64,000 nt of DNA from Candidatus Saccharimonadota bacterium (GTDB lineage: Bacteria; Patescibacteriota; Saccharimonadia; CAILAD01; GCA-016700035): NCBI GenBank assembly GCA_046350755.1, contig JAXLZV010000001.1:75510-139509 (forward strand), read 5' to 3'. A program made the position numbers and the translations under genes. A model generated the notes under the pieces. It ran no database searches. It saw only the letters and a list, made by a program, of their open reading frames with translations, and was not told the DNA's origin. Of the stretch, positions 55,901 to 64,000 are shown in pieces (the stretch's first letter is position 1; every line of letters begins with the position of its first letter).

Positions 55901-56701
55901 TTACGGGATCCGCACCGAGCTCAATATTTTGTCGTAGGCACTGAGCAAAGTAGCATCTTCATTATTGTCGGTCTGTATCAGGATAGTTTTATCGAGATAT
56001 TCTACCAGCACGAGAGTACCCGGCGTCGAGCGACGGTCAAACTTACCAACATAGCGGACAGCATTGCGATCCGAGACCTTGATCTCTTCGCCCGCCTTTA
56101 AGCCGCTCCGAGCCTCTTTGGCTTCACGATCGTAGCCTTCACGCGTCTTACTATAAACTTGATTTTTTACCGTTACCCGCAAAGCGAGATTCTTAGCATT
56201 CACATCAACTTGGTCGGGATTAGCCAGTAAAAGCAGTGGCGTACTACCAGAGGTTGTAGTCGAGATACTATAGGTCTTCGGTATAGCCAGTGTGAACGCG
56301 CCAAGCGTATTGGGGGCCGTGTAGGTACGCGTATCCCCCTGACTGGCTATCAAGGCGTTATTCTGGTCGATCTTCTCTTGCTCGGCTTTCCCTGCCGCCA
56401 CCCCGCTATCGTATTTGGTAGCATTAACTCGTTCAGCATTTCCCCATAGGATGCCAAGGCCGATTGCAGCGAGCACACCGATCGCGGCGACACCAATTGA
56501 AATATACAGAAAGAGTTTAGTACGCTTATATTTTTCTTCAGTCGTTTTAAGATTTTGCTCAACCTGCTGCTGATTAGCAGCCGCAACACCAGCCCCAAAC
56601 CCCGGCGGTGGCGCAACAGTCGGCGCATTAGCCGACGGCTGACCACTGGCTGGGACTGGGTTAGATGGAGGTTTGGGCTGTTGGGGTGTAGTTGGAGGCA
56701 T
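55901..56701 (-). CDS. Hypothetical membrane-anchored protein with a Pro-rich N-terminus
   Basis: A Pro/Gln-rich N-terminus, one TM helix and an extracytoplasmic domain. Confidence 0.45.
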   Translation of the reverse strand: MPPTTPQQPKPPSNPVPASGQPSANAPTVAPPPGFGAGVAAANQQQVEQNLKTTEEKYKRTKLFLYISIGVAAIGVLAAIGLGILWGNAERVNATKYDSGVAAGKAEQEKIDQNNALIASQGDTRTYTAPNTLGAFTLAIPKTYSISTTTSGSTPLLLLANPDQVDVNAKNLALRVTVKNQVYSKTREGYDREAKEARSGLKAGEEIKVSDRNAVRYVGKFDRRSTPGTLVLVEYLDKTILIQTDNNEDATLLSAYDKILSSVRIP

Positions 56702-56758
56702 GTTTGATAAGAGGCGCTTATGCTTGCCTCAATTTTACCCTATTTTGACGCGATAAAG

Positions 56759-57289
56759 CTATTTTTTCTCGACAAGCTTCTCACCAGGCTGCCAGTCGAT
56801 TGGGCAAAGGCCGCCGGTTTGCAAGGCCTTCACAACGCGTAGTGTCTCCGTCACTGATCGACCAACATTACCATCCGACACAACAAAGTATTTTATTTTT
56901 TGCTCAGGATCGATAATAAATAGTCCACGTTCAGCTTCGCCGGCTTCTTCGTTCAGTACCTCATACGCCTTAGACACTCGGTGGGCCGGGTCTTCGAGAA
57001 CTGGGTATTCAACATCCTGGAGATCGCGTTCGAACCACGCCTTGTGACTCTGGATCGTATCCGTCGAGGCCGCTAAGACCTCGCAGTTAGCAGCCTGAAA
57101 GTCTTGGTAGTGCTTTTGAAAGCCTTCGATTTCAGTTGGGCAAACAAAGGTGAAATCGCGTGGGTAAAAGAAAAGTACCAGCCACTTGCCAGCGTAATCT
57201 TTTAAGCTCACTTCACGATAATCATCCTTGATACCCTTTTGATAGGCGCTCCCCGCAAAATCTGGGGCCGGTTGGTTAAGTTGTAACAT
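56759..57289 (-). CDS. Typical 2-Cys peroxiredoxin (AhpC/TSA family)
   Basis: The peroxidatic FTFVCPTE motif and the resolving GGLCPIDW motif. Confidence 0.85.
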   Translation of the reverse strand: MLQLNQPAPDFAGSAYQKGIKDDYREVSLKDYAGKWLVLFFYPRDFTFVCPTEIEGFQKHYQDFQAANCEVLAASTDTIQSHKAWFERDLQDVEYPVLEDPAHRVSKAYEVLNEEAGEAERGLFIIDPEQKIKYFVVSDGNVGRSVTETLRVVKALQTGGLCPIDWQPGEKLVEKK

Positions 57290-57320
57290 ACTATAAGTCT
57301 CCTTTTTTAAGTGATAGTTA

Positions 57321-57920
57321 TTAAGTGACCGCCGGAACCATCTGCGCGGTTCGCTGATTCACGGTTTTCCAATCGACTAGCTTCATAAAGGCGTCGATAT
57401 AGTCCTTGCGGGCGGTGGCATAATCTAGAAAATAGGCGTGCTCATAGACATCAAGCACTAAAAGTGGACTGGCATTCCATACACCACCCTGATTATGCAT
57501 ATCACAAATGTAGTTTTCGAGTCGGCCGTTATCATGATCCCAAGCTAGCACGACCCAGCCGCGAGCCGACAGTCCAAGGGCGGCAAAGTCAGCCACCCAG
57601 GCATCAACACTCCCCCACTCCGCCAAGATCAATTCCTTGATCCGACCGTCTGGTGACTGAGCGTCAGCCGATAGATTGCCAAAATAGGCTTCGTGCAACT
57701 TAATCGCATTGAGGGCAAAGACCTTCTCGAGATTCACTTCACGGATCTCGGCGTAGGTGCCGTTACCAGCTGGCTCGACCTTCTTGGCAAGACTGGCTAG
57801 CTCGTTATACTTCTTTACATAGCCATCATAGAGCTTATAGTGCTCGGCTAGCTGCTTAGCGGTTAATCCGGGTAATTCGGTATAACCGAGCGGTTTTGTA
57901 GTTACTTCAGACATCGTCAC
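57321..57920 (-). CDS. sodA: Fe/Mn-family superoxide dismutase
   Basis: The C-terminal DVYEHAYFLDY signature is clear, but the N-terminal His motifs are divergent. Confidence 0.7.
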   Translation of the reverse strand: MTMSEVTTKPLGYTELPGLTAKQLAEHYKLYDGYVKKYNELASLAKKVEPAGNGTYAEIREVNLEKVFALNAIKLHEAYFGNLSADAQSPDGRIKELILAEWGSVDAWVADFAALGLSARGWVVLAWDHDNGRLENYICDMHNQGGVWNASPLLVLDVYEHAYFLDYATARKDYIDAFMKLVDWKTVNQRTAQMVPAVT

Positions 57921-57929
57921 TCCTTTCGG

Positions 57930-58439
57930 TTACGCTTCTATTGTATCGAATGCTCTGGCTTCATACAAAAAACTGTTACGCGTTGTTTTCGACGGTTTCA
58001 AGCCAGGTATGGTAAACATATATGAGATAATACGCGCTTTCGGATTGGCTTGACGAGTCAGCTGCGACCGCATCTTGGGCATATGATGATCGATCAGATA
58101 CAGATAGATTACATCAAATCTGTGCACATCCACCGTCCAAAAACTCCGCAAGTAGATACGGGCTCGCTTGCGATACGGTAAGAGTCGCAGATTAGCGATG
58201 AACCAGAGAATTGGGTTCACCTCGAATCCCGTCACATTCGCGCCACGCTTGGCGGCCACGAGTAACACTTTACCGTCTCCGCAACCAAGATCGACAAATT
58301 TTGTCCCCTTCCCAACCCGTGCCAGATCGAGCAGCTCATCGAGATCTTGACGAAAAGCTGGCACCCATGGGGCACCGAGAAAAGCTCCTAGACCAAAGCT
58401 TAGAACAATGAACGAAGCAATGATCCAGAACCAATTCAC
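57930..58439 (-). CDS. Class I SAM-dependent methyltransferase, small, with a hydrophobic N-terminus
   Basis: Motif I: VDLGCGDGKVLL. Confidence 0.6.
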   Translation of the reverse strand: MNWFWIIASFIVLSFGLGAFLGAPWVPAFRQDLDELLDLARVGKGTKFVDLGCGDGKVLLVAAKRGANVTGFEVNPILWFIANLRLLPYRKRARIYLRSFWTVDVHRFDVIYLYLIDHHMPKMRSQLTRQANPKARIISYMFTIPGLKPSKTTRNSFLYEARAFDTIEA

Positions 58440-58450
58440 CAGGCAGAGAC

Positions 58451-58873
58451 TTAGGCTACGCCGTGCTCGGCAGCTTCGGCTTCATCAGCTTCTGCCTTTG
58501 TCTTGTGCACGGTCCCGGGAGCGTGCTCGGCCGGGCTGTAAAGCGAGTAGACCTTCAGATCAGAGTCGCCAATATTAACAACATTATGCCAAGTACCAGC
58601 TGGGATTAATGCGGCCGTATCTGGCTGCAGCTCACCTGTCTCGCTCACCGAATCTTTGTCGGCACCGGTTAGCAACTTAGCTGCTCCGGCCTCCACTCGC
58701 AAGAATTGATCAACATCATGGTGAGCCTCAAGTCCGATTTCTCCTCCGACCGGGATCGACATCACTGTCAGCTGTGTGTGCTCACCCGTCCAGAGAGTGG
58801 TGCGAAAATTGGTATTATTTTTAGTCTCTTCCTCCATATTCAGAACGTAGACTTTCTTATCATTCTCAGTCAT
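58451..58873 (-). CDS. Cupin-domain protein
   Basis: The two-His cupin motifs (GLEAHHD...GTWHNVVN) are present. Confidence 0.65.
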   Translation of the reverse strand: MTENDKKVYVLNMEEETKNNTNFRTTLWTGEHTQLTVMSIPVGGEIGLEAHHDVDQFLRVEAGAAKLLTGADKDSVSETGELQPDTAALIPAGTWHNVVNIGDSDLKVYSLYSPAEHAPGTVHKTKAEADEAEAAEHGVA

Positions 58874-58969
58874 AGCAAACTCCTTTCCTTTTCTTCATTA
58901 TACTCTGGTTAGCCTACCGATTACACCTGTAATCTGGTATAATCTCGAGTGCTTAGGCATTTTGCGTAG

Positions 58970-59046
58970 AGGGGTGTAGCTCAGCTGGCTAGAGCGTCGG
59001 TCTCCAAAACCGAAGGCCGCGGGTTCGATTCCTGCCACCCCTGCCA
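58970..59046 (+). tRNA. tRNA-Trp (anticodon CCA)
   Basis: Manual cloverleaf: acceptor AGGGGTG/CACCCCT, anticodon arm TCGGT-CTCCAAA-ACCGA, and an encoded CCA. It is near-identical in shape to E. coli tRNA-Trp. Confidence 0.85.
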
Positions 59047-59049
59047 AAG

Positions 59050-59082
59050 AAAAACCCCCGAGATTCAAGCTTGGGGTTTTTC
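59050..59082. terminator. Rho-independent terminator after tRNA-Trp
   Basis: An A-run, then the stem ccccgag / cttgggg (one G-U pair) with loop attcaa, followed by ttttt. Confidence 0.6.
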
Positions 59083-59126
59083 TATGCTCGCGCTAACCTG
59101 ACTATTACCGGTATACTATAAGCACT

Positions 59127-60806
59127 ATGGCTCAAGCATCCGACCCCACCAAGCGTTATGATGAAAACTTGATCGATGCCGGTGTCGCCACGCCGCTAGT
59201 CATTACGCTTGATGTCATGATTCTATTTACGTTTGTGACGGGGCAAGCTTTCACACAAAATCTCCTCCTCGTGCTCATTACAGTCGGTATTTTGGTAATC
59301 TTTTCGCTCACTCATTTCATCCCCCAGCTCCTGTTTACTAAGCGTCATGGGATATACCTGCTGATTTATCACCTCGCTCTGGCGAGCGTGTTGATTTTTA
59401 TCGTCCCAACCCTGTCCTACTTTTTACTCACATGGATTCTGCTGGCCTATTTATCGGAATTTTATTTTCAGCTCAAAGGCCTATTTCTGAGCCTCTGTAT
59501 GCTACTAGCTACATTGTTGGTTGGCACAGCCTATCAACAACCACCATTGAGCCTACAGACGATTTGGCTAGTTTTGCCGTGGTTCGTAGTGCTCACGGCG
59601 GTCATTCTCGTCCTCAGTCGTATCATTCTTGGTAACCGAGAAGCCCGAATTGCGCTCGCTGAGAAAATGATCCACGCTGAATACGAACACGAACGAATTG
59701 TCGCCCTCATCAACAGCATGACCGAGGCTGTCCTCGCGGTTGATGCGGCAGGCAAAATCAGCATCTATAATGCCGCTGCGCTTGATTTGCTTGATACGAA
59801 TGCCGATCTGCTCGGCAAGGATATTCGAACCATCTTGCCACTCCACGATGTCAACCACAACGTCCTTGATATTATGGAGATCGCTAGCGGCACTCATTAC
59901 ATCCTCCGACGCACTGATATTTACTTAGATCTCAACGACAATGATCGCTTAGCTTTAGAGCTCAATATCAGCCGCACTTCGTTGGTTACCCCACTGGCTA
60001 AACAGCAAGGCTACACCTTTCTGATTCGTGATATCACCCAACAGCAAAGCCTTGATGAAGAGCGAGATGAGTTTATTTCTGTCGTCAGTCACGAGCTGCG
60101 GACACCAATCACAATAGCCGAAGCCAACATCTCCATGGCTCAGCTCATTTCCCAAAAGCCAGACCGCAAACCAGAAGAGATCACCAAAGCAATGGAAAAA
60201 GCCCACCATCAAGTCCTCTTCTTGTCGGATATGGTCAACGACCTGTCGACCTTGTCACGAGCCGAACGCAAAGATAAAGAAATGGAAGTTGAGACCTTCT
60301 CCGCCGCCGACATCCTAACCGAGCTGGAGACAACTTACCGCCCGGACGCCGAGAAAAAAGGTCTCCACTTCGTCGTCTCGTCACCCACAAACCTACCCCT
60401 CCTCACAACCTCACGACTCTATCTCAAGGAGATCCTCCAAAACTTTATTACAAATGCTATCAAATACACTCCCCAAGGTGATGTCCTTGTCAAAGCCGAA
60501 ATTCTTGACGGCAATAAGCTCAAGCTCAGCGTAAAGGACAGCGGTATCGGCATCTCGAAAAGTGAGCAGGACCGGGTGTATGAAAAATTCTGGCGATCTG
60601 AAGATCCACTTACCCGTCAGACCAGTGGTACCGGCCTGGGACTGTACATCACAGCTAAGCTAGCTCGACGCATTGGCGCGCAGCTTGATCTCGTCAGCAC
60701 ACCCAAGATCGGCTCCACTTTTTCGATCATTCTACCTACCCTAGCCGTACAGGAGGTCGATAAAAAAAGCGTCGTCAAGAACGAAGTCGACACTATCCTG
60801 AGCTAA
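59127..60806 (+). CDS. Sensor histidine kinase (multi-TM, PAS, HisKA, HATPase_c), a paralogue of the kinase at 27820-29538
   Basis: H-box SHELRTP and G-box GTGLGLYITAKLARR. Confidence 0.8.
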   Translation: MAQASDPTKRYDENLIDAGVATPLVITLDVMILFTFVTGQAFTQNLLLVLITVGILVIFSLTHFIPQLLFTKRHGIYLLIYHLALASVLIFIVPTLSYFLLTWILLAYLSEFYFQLKGLFLSLCMLLATLLVGTAYQQPPLSLQTIWLVLPWFVVLTAVILVLSRIILGNREARIALAEKMIHAEYEHERIVALINSMTEAVLAVDAAGKISIYNAAALDLLDTNADLLGKDIRTILPLHDVNHNVLDIMEIASGTHYILRRTDIYLDLNDNDRLALELNISRTSLVTPLAKQQGYTFLIRDITQQQSLDEERDEFISVVSHELRTPITIAEANISMAQLISQKPDRKPEEITKAMEKAHHQVLFLSDMVNDLSTLSRAERKDKEMEVETFSAADILTELETTYRPDAEKKGLHFVVSSPTNLPLLTTSRLYLKEILQNFITNAIKYTPQGDVLVKAEILDGNKLKLSVKDSGIGISKSEQDRVYEKFWRSEDPLTRQTSGTGLGLYITAKLARRIGAQLDLVSTPKIGSTFSIILPTLAVQEVDKKSVVKNEVDTILS

Positions 60807-60812
60807 CCGCTT

Positions 60813-61529
60813 CTAACGTTGTACGGTCTTTTTATTGAGGAACATGGTGGCAAAAACAAATAAGCCAGAGATCACTATACCGACTGCTATCATTGCTGAC
60901 AGTGTCACGTTATATGTGCCAGAGTTCGTCAAGGGCCGTATCAAATAGGATGCCCCGATAATGAAAAAGCCCAGCGCAATACTGCGTAAGCGCCACATCT
61001 GGGAAGAGTCACTTACCCCTCTGGCTTGGCTCCAAAATTTTGCCGCAACAAAAATCAGGCTCATAAACTGCAAAGCGGTCACAATCTCATAGCCTAAACT
61101 AAACCCAAAGTTTATCTGCCAAGCACCATTGGCCTGCTGAATAAGCGTAACGGGCGTCGTGAGATTTTCTCGTAATGAGAACCAAACGCCGACTAGCACC
61201 AACAAAAAATCCAAACCAACTATCAGGCGACGTAGCCATGGCCTACTCGGTGCATAAATACGCGCCACTGCCATCCACATCACCCACAAGGCCAAGAACT
61301 GTAATACGTCGCCTAGGATTGTTGTAATTGTAAGTATCTGTGAATCAGTCGTGAAGAGTGGCGGTAAACCATAGAGACTCAAGCACAAGGTAAATAGTAG
61401 GCCTGAAATACCCATGTAGAGCGTGATACGATTCTTAGTTTTGTGCGCCGACATTAAGCCACGAACTGCAAAGAAGAACACCACCGGAATACCGATATAC
61501 CAATGAAACATATTGAGCGGAATCTGCAT
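60813..61529 (-). CDS. Hypothetical polytopic membrane protein
   Basis: At least six hydrophobic helices and no recognisable motif. Confidence 0.45.
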   Translation of the reverse strand: MQIPLNMFHWYIGIPVVFFFAVRGLMSAHKTKNRITLYMGISGLLFTLCLSLYGLPPLFTTDSQILTITTILGDVLQFLALWVMWMAVARIYAPSRPWLRRLIVGLDFLLVLVGVWFSLRENLTTPVTLIQQANGAWQINFGFSLGYEIVTALQFMSLIFVAAKFWSQARGVSDSSQMWRLRSIALGFFIIGASYLIRPLTNSGTYNVTLSAMIAVGIVISGLFVFATMFLNKKTVQR

Positions 61530-61554
61530 CTACAAGCAGTATAGCATTGCGAAA

Positions 61555-61590
61555 TAAAAAAAGCGCTTTCATAAAGCGCTGAGAAAAAAG
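61555..61590. terminator. Bidirectional terminator downstream of the minus-strand tRNA cluster
   Basis: Stem agcgcttt, loop cat, stem aaagcgct, flanked by A-runs on both sides. Confidence 0.55.
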
Positions 61591-61593
61591 TGC

Positions 61594-61669
61594 TGGAGCC
61601 CGCGAGAGGACTTGAACCCCCAACCTACGGTTTACAAAACCGTTGCTCTGCCAGTTGAGCTACGCGGGC
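61594..61669 (-). tRNA. tRNA-Thr (anticodon TGT)
   Basis: Manual fold of the reverse complement: acceptor GCCCGCG/CGCGGGC, anticodon arm ACGGT-TTTGTAA-ACCGT. The T-stem has two G-U pairs. Confidence 0.75.
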
Positions 61670-61675
61670 AAAAAA

Positions 61676-61762
61676 TGGTGCAGGGGGAGGGATTCGAACC
61701 CCCGAAGGCATAAAGCCGACAGATTTACAGTCTGTTGCGTTTGACCGCTTCGCTACCCCTGC
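61676..61762 (-). tRNA. tRNA-Tyr (anticodon GTA) with a long variable arm
   Basis: Acceptor GCAGGGG/CCCCTGC, anticodon arm ACAGA-CTGTAAA-TCTGT, and a 16-nt variable arm as expected for a class II tRNA. Confidence 0.8.
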
Positions 61763-61773
61763 ATACTTTGGCA

Positions 61774-61848
61774 TGGAGCCCAAACCGAGGATTGAACTCG
61801 GGACCTCTTCCTTACCATGGAAGCGCTCTACCACTGAGCTATTTGGGC
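61774..61848 (-). tRNA. tRNA-Thr (anticodon GGT)
   Basis: Acceptor GCCCAAA/TTTGGGC, anticodon arm CTTCC-ATGGTAA-GGAAG, T-arm CCGAG-TTCAATC-CTCGG. Confidence 0.75.
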
Positions 61849-61887
61849 AAATGTTTCTCGAGCCATGAGCTATAAAAAACAGTGCTT

Positions 61888-61916
61888 AGTCTAGCAGTTT
61901 TCAGGAGTATTTTCAA
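61888..61916 (-). promoter_or_regulatory. Candidate promoter for the Thr-Tyr-Thr tRNA operon (TTGAAA-17-TAGACT on the minus strand)
   Basis: The reverse complement of 61911-61916 is ttgaaa and of 61888-61893 is tagact, with a 17-nt spacer. It lies about 35 nt upstream of the first tRNA. Confidence 0.4.
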
Positions 61917-61920
61917 TGTA

Positions 61921-62568
61921 TCAGCTTGCTGAAGCTGTCGTCTTCGTATGTACGGCTCGCTGTCGCCAACGATCCGCCTGGGCTTCGGTGCCGTATTTTT
62001 CGTACCAGCGCGCTAACAGCAACATCACCGAGCTATCTTGTGGACTTGCCTCGTGTGCGGCCGCTAAGGCTTCAAACTGTTGAGCATGCCGATCCATCAG
62101 CTCGTACAGACGAGCCAAGGCTAAGTATCGTGACAGAGTCGGCTCCATATCCAGTGCTCGCTGCATCGCCTCAGCCGAAGCTTCATAACGTTTGATATGA
62201 AAAAGCACGGTGGCGTAGTTTTGCCAATCAGCGGCTTGCGGAGTTGCTTTGATAACAATCTCAAAACACTCCTGCGCATCGGCATAATTCTTAAGATGCG
62301 AATAGACCATCCCTAGTCGACGGTAAGCAACGATATTTTTATGATCGAGTTTGAGCACCTTCAAATAGGCTTTCTCAGCCGCTGGCCACTTCGCCTCCTC
62401 GTAGTAACGCGCGGCGGCGGCCAACAGCCGCTCCAGCTGGCTCTCGTGAGTAATCGCCTCATTATCCAAGCCGGCGTTCAGAAAATGCGCGAGCTGGTTA
62501 TAGCTCGAACGAGTGATCCGCCAGGTAATAACACCTAAGAACAAGAAGGCCGCCGTTTCAGCAATCAT
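61921..62568 (-). CDS. TPR-repeat protein with an N-terminal TM helix
   Basis: Several 34-aa TPR-like repeats (AEKAYLKVLKLDHKNIVAYRRLGMVY...). Confidence 0.65.
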   Translation of the reverse strand: MIAETAAFLFLGVITWRITRSSYNQLAHFLNAGLDNEAITHESQLERLLAAAARYYEEAKWPAAEKAYLKVLKLDHKNIVAYRRLGMVYSHLKNYADAQECFEIVIKATPQAADWQNYATVLFHIKRYEASAEAMQRALDMEPTLSRYLALARLYELMDRHAQQFEALAAAHEASPQDSSVMLLLARWYEKYGTEAQADRWRQRAVHTKTTASAS

Positions 62569-63257
62569 GCTTGCGCCCTCACAGCAAAAGCCTCAAGCAA
62601 TAAACGCATATTCCCACTACCGGCGACATAGCTGGCAAACTGCATCAACCAACTGGCCGATGCATAATCGCGCTGGTTACGAACATACTCTAGCGTAGCG
62701 GCATAGAGCTGCTGCAGGTCGGCACGCTCCTTTCGCTCGGCTATCATGCCAATCCGACCCGGCACATCAGCTTGCATAAAATACCGTCCAAGGGCATAGG
62801 TCTGCTCTTCAGGCTCAGTTGGTAGCACCCGGACGTGCGACCGCGAGCGTAAGGTAGGCATCACGTGCGCCACGGTATCAACCAACAATATAAAATGAAC
62901 GTCTGGCGGGGGCTCCTCCATCACCTTGAGTAATGAGTTAGCCGCCTCCGGCGTCAGCCGTTGAGCTTGCGTAAATACTACGTAGCGCCCTTGACCAGGT
63001 GTGAATGTAGCCAGGCTTAATTCATGCAATACTTGCACGATAATATCTCGACCGTAGCTTAATTTCTCAAGTTCGATCCAGATGACTTGTGGATGCTCGA
63101 TGACCCGATCTGACTGAATCGCAAGCTCCTCGGCAATCATTGCTTGAACTGCCATTTCACGAACGGCTGAATCTACACAGGATACAATCGTAGCCTGACT
63201 AAGCTGAGTTGGTCGAGCGGACGACTTGTGAGTTGATGTTAGTTTGGCGTTGGGCAT
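62565..63257 (-). CDS. holB: DNA polymerase III delta-prime-like subunit with a degenerate N-terminus
   Basis: The sensor motifs AANSLLKVMEEPP and TLRSRS are present, but there is no intact Walker A. Confidence 0.6.
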   Translation of the reverse strand: MPNAKLTSTHKSSARPTQLSQATIVSCVDSAVREMAVQAMIAEELAIQSDRVIEHPQVIWIELEKLSYGRDIIVQVLHELSLATFTPGQGRYVVFTQAQRLTPEAANSLLKVMEEPPPDVHFILLVDTVAHVMPTLRSRSHVRVLPTEPEEQTYALGRYFMQADVPGRIGMIAERKERADLQQLYAATLEYVRNQRDYASASWLMQFASYVAGSGNMRLLLEAFAVRAQA

Positions 63258-63979
63258 GAGTATGCTTTCATTGTAGCGACAAAATCATCAGGTAGGCTAC
63301 TGGTAAAGGTCTTTTTTGTGCCACTTGGTAAAGTAATCGTTAGCTCGCGAGCGTGCAGCATTTGTCTCGGGATGTGATCATTACGCCCATATACATGATC
63401 GCCGAGGATGGGGTGCTTGATGGCCGCCAGATGAACCCGGATCTGATGGGTACGACCTGTTACCGGCCGCGCAGCTACCAGCGCAACCTCACTGCCCTGC
63501 GTCAGCTGTTCGACAAACGTCTCGGCTGGCTTGCCAACCGGATCAATCTCCATGCGCCCCGGGTGACGTGATGATCGGGACAATCCAAAATTTAGTCGCT
63601 GCACACCCCGACCAAGCTCACCCCAAACCAATGCCCAGTACAGCTTTTGTACAGCCCGCGCTCGAAAAGCCGCTTGTAAGTGAGCTTTAGCCGCCTCAGT
63701 CTTCGCCACGATCACCACACCAGACGTATCTTTATCCAGGCGATGTACAATCCCCGGTCGTAGCTTATCCGGATCGTCCACCAGACTGGCCACCGCACCG
63801 GCTAAGCTTGGCTCCTGCGCGCCTGGTTTCGGGTGCGTAATCAAACCAGCTGGCTTATCAAATACTAGTACATCTGCATCTTCATAGAGAAGCTTTGGTT
63901 GCGGTGCAGCAATCAACTCGGTCTCAGCTAGTCGTGGCAGCTCAAGAACCGTAATGACCGAGCCGGTGATTGGCTTCAT
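63239..63979 (-). CDS. RluA-family pseudouridine synthase
   Basis: The catalytic motif is HRLDKDTSGVVIVAKT. Confidence 0.8.
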   Translation of the reverse strand: MKPITGSVITVLELPRLAETELIAAPQPKLLYEDADVLVFDKPAGLITHPKPGAQEPSLAGAVASLVDDPDKLRPGIVHRLDKDTSGVVIVAKTEAAKAHLQAAFRARAVQKLYWALVWGELGRGVQRLNFGLSRSSRHPGRMEIDPVGKPAETFVEQLTQGSEVALVAARPVTGRTHQIRVHLAAIKHPILGDHVYGRNDHIPRQMLHARELTITLPSGTKKTFTSSLPDDFVATMKAYSCPTPN

Positions 63980-64000
63980 CCGAGCAGTCGCTGGCGCGCC

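Noticed and set aside
57321-57920. Doubt that 57321-57920 is a genuine SOD, because its N-terminal His motifs are degenerate
   Set aside because: The C-terminal DVYEHAYFLDY signature and overall length fit Fe/Mn SOD, so the call is kept at reduced confidence.
61625-61834. 69-aa minus-strand ORF over the tRNA cluster
   Set aside because: It overlaps tRNA-Tyr and tRNA-Thr and is an artefact of the GC-rich tRNA sequence.
1-64000. CRISPR arrays, IS elements, transposases, integrases and rRNA genes
   Set aside because: No regularly spaced direct repeats, no transposase or integrase motifs (DDE, tyrosine recombinase R..HxxR..Y) and no rRNA-like segments were seen on either strand.
1-64000. Alternative genetic code with UGA recoded as Gly (Gracilibacteria/SR1 type)
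   Set aside because: Many well-conserved genes end in TGA, including the ATGA overlap junctions, and conserved proteins have no in-frame TGA. This is the standard code 11.

Overview
This 64-kb window is chromosomal, densely packed bacterial DNA read with the standard genetic code. TGA is used as a stop, and ATGA-type start/stop overlaps are frequent, which indicates translational coupling. I count about 60 protein genes and 5 tRNAs. There is no CRISPR array, rRNA, IS element or transposase.

The gene content suggests a small-genome, Gram-positive-like and possibly Patescibacteria/Saccharibacteria-like organism, though this is inference only. It includes FtsQ/DivIB, an LPXTG-type C-terminal signal, a DUF3048 protein, type IV pilin-like genes, archaeal-type AspRS and GlyRS, and a reduced division/cell-wall (dcw) cluster.

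Main blocks, in order:
1. Three tandem prepilin-type genes on the minus strand (positions 1-2988), diverging from an exopolysaccharide-type cluster at 3095-6756. That cluster has a processive GT2 synthase, a CE4 deacetylase and a membrane-anchored GH6 hydrolase.
2. A 57-aa LPXTG-tail peptide gene (6970-7143) with its own promoter, a structured leader and a terminator.
3. A class Ia ribonucleotide reductase operon (nrdA, nrdB) with NrdR-box-like palindromes upstream.
4. A tRNA-Glu followed by a visibly AT-rich single-gene MmeI-family type IIL restriction-modification enzyme. Next come a Cas4-like Fe-S PD-(D/E)XK nuclease, a protein built of three FtsK-gamma-like winged helices, a 33-codon HAD-like remnant fused in frame (one TAA between) to a GIY-YIG nuclease gene. 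This is the best candidate for an undescribed DNA-targeting/defence module.
5. Housekeeping genes: msrA, trhO, crp, an ABC exporter, tgt, a COG0523 GTPase, two histidine kinases with REC-only partners, aspS, scpAB, rluB, dac, der and pth.
6. A 378-bp structured spacer between pth and dprA, then dprA-topA, followed by a sigma-region-4 / HARE-HTH / AT-hook DNA-binding protein and a membrane-anchored FtsK/SpoIIIE-family ATPase that has no gamma domain.
7. A 600-bp AT-rich non-coding convergence zone containing a dif-like 11-6-11 palindrome with a TGTATA core.
8. A reduced dcw cluster (mraZ, rsmH, ftsL, ftsI, mraY, ftsW, murG, ftsQ) with candidate MraZ operator repeats and an unusual repeat-rich 330-bp mraZ-rsmH spacer.
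9. Redox genes (peroxiredoxin, sodA, cupin), tRNA-Trp, and a Thr-Tyr-Thr tRNA cluster.

All coordinates and motif calls come from manual reading of the sequence. No database searches were run.
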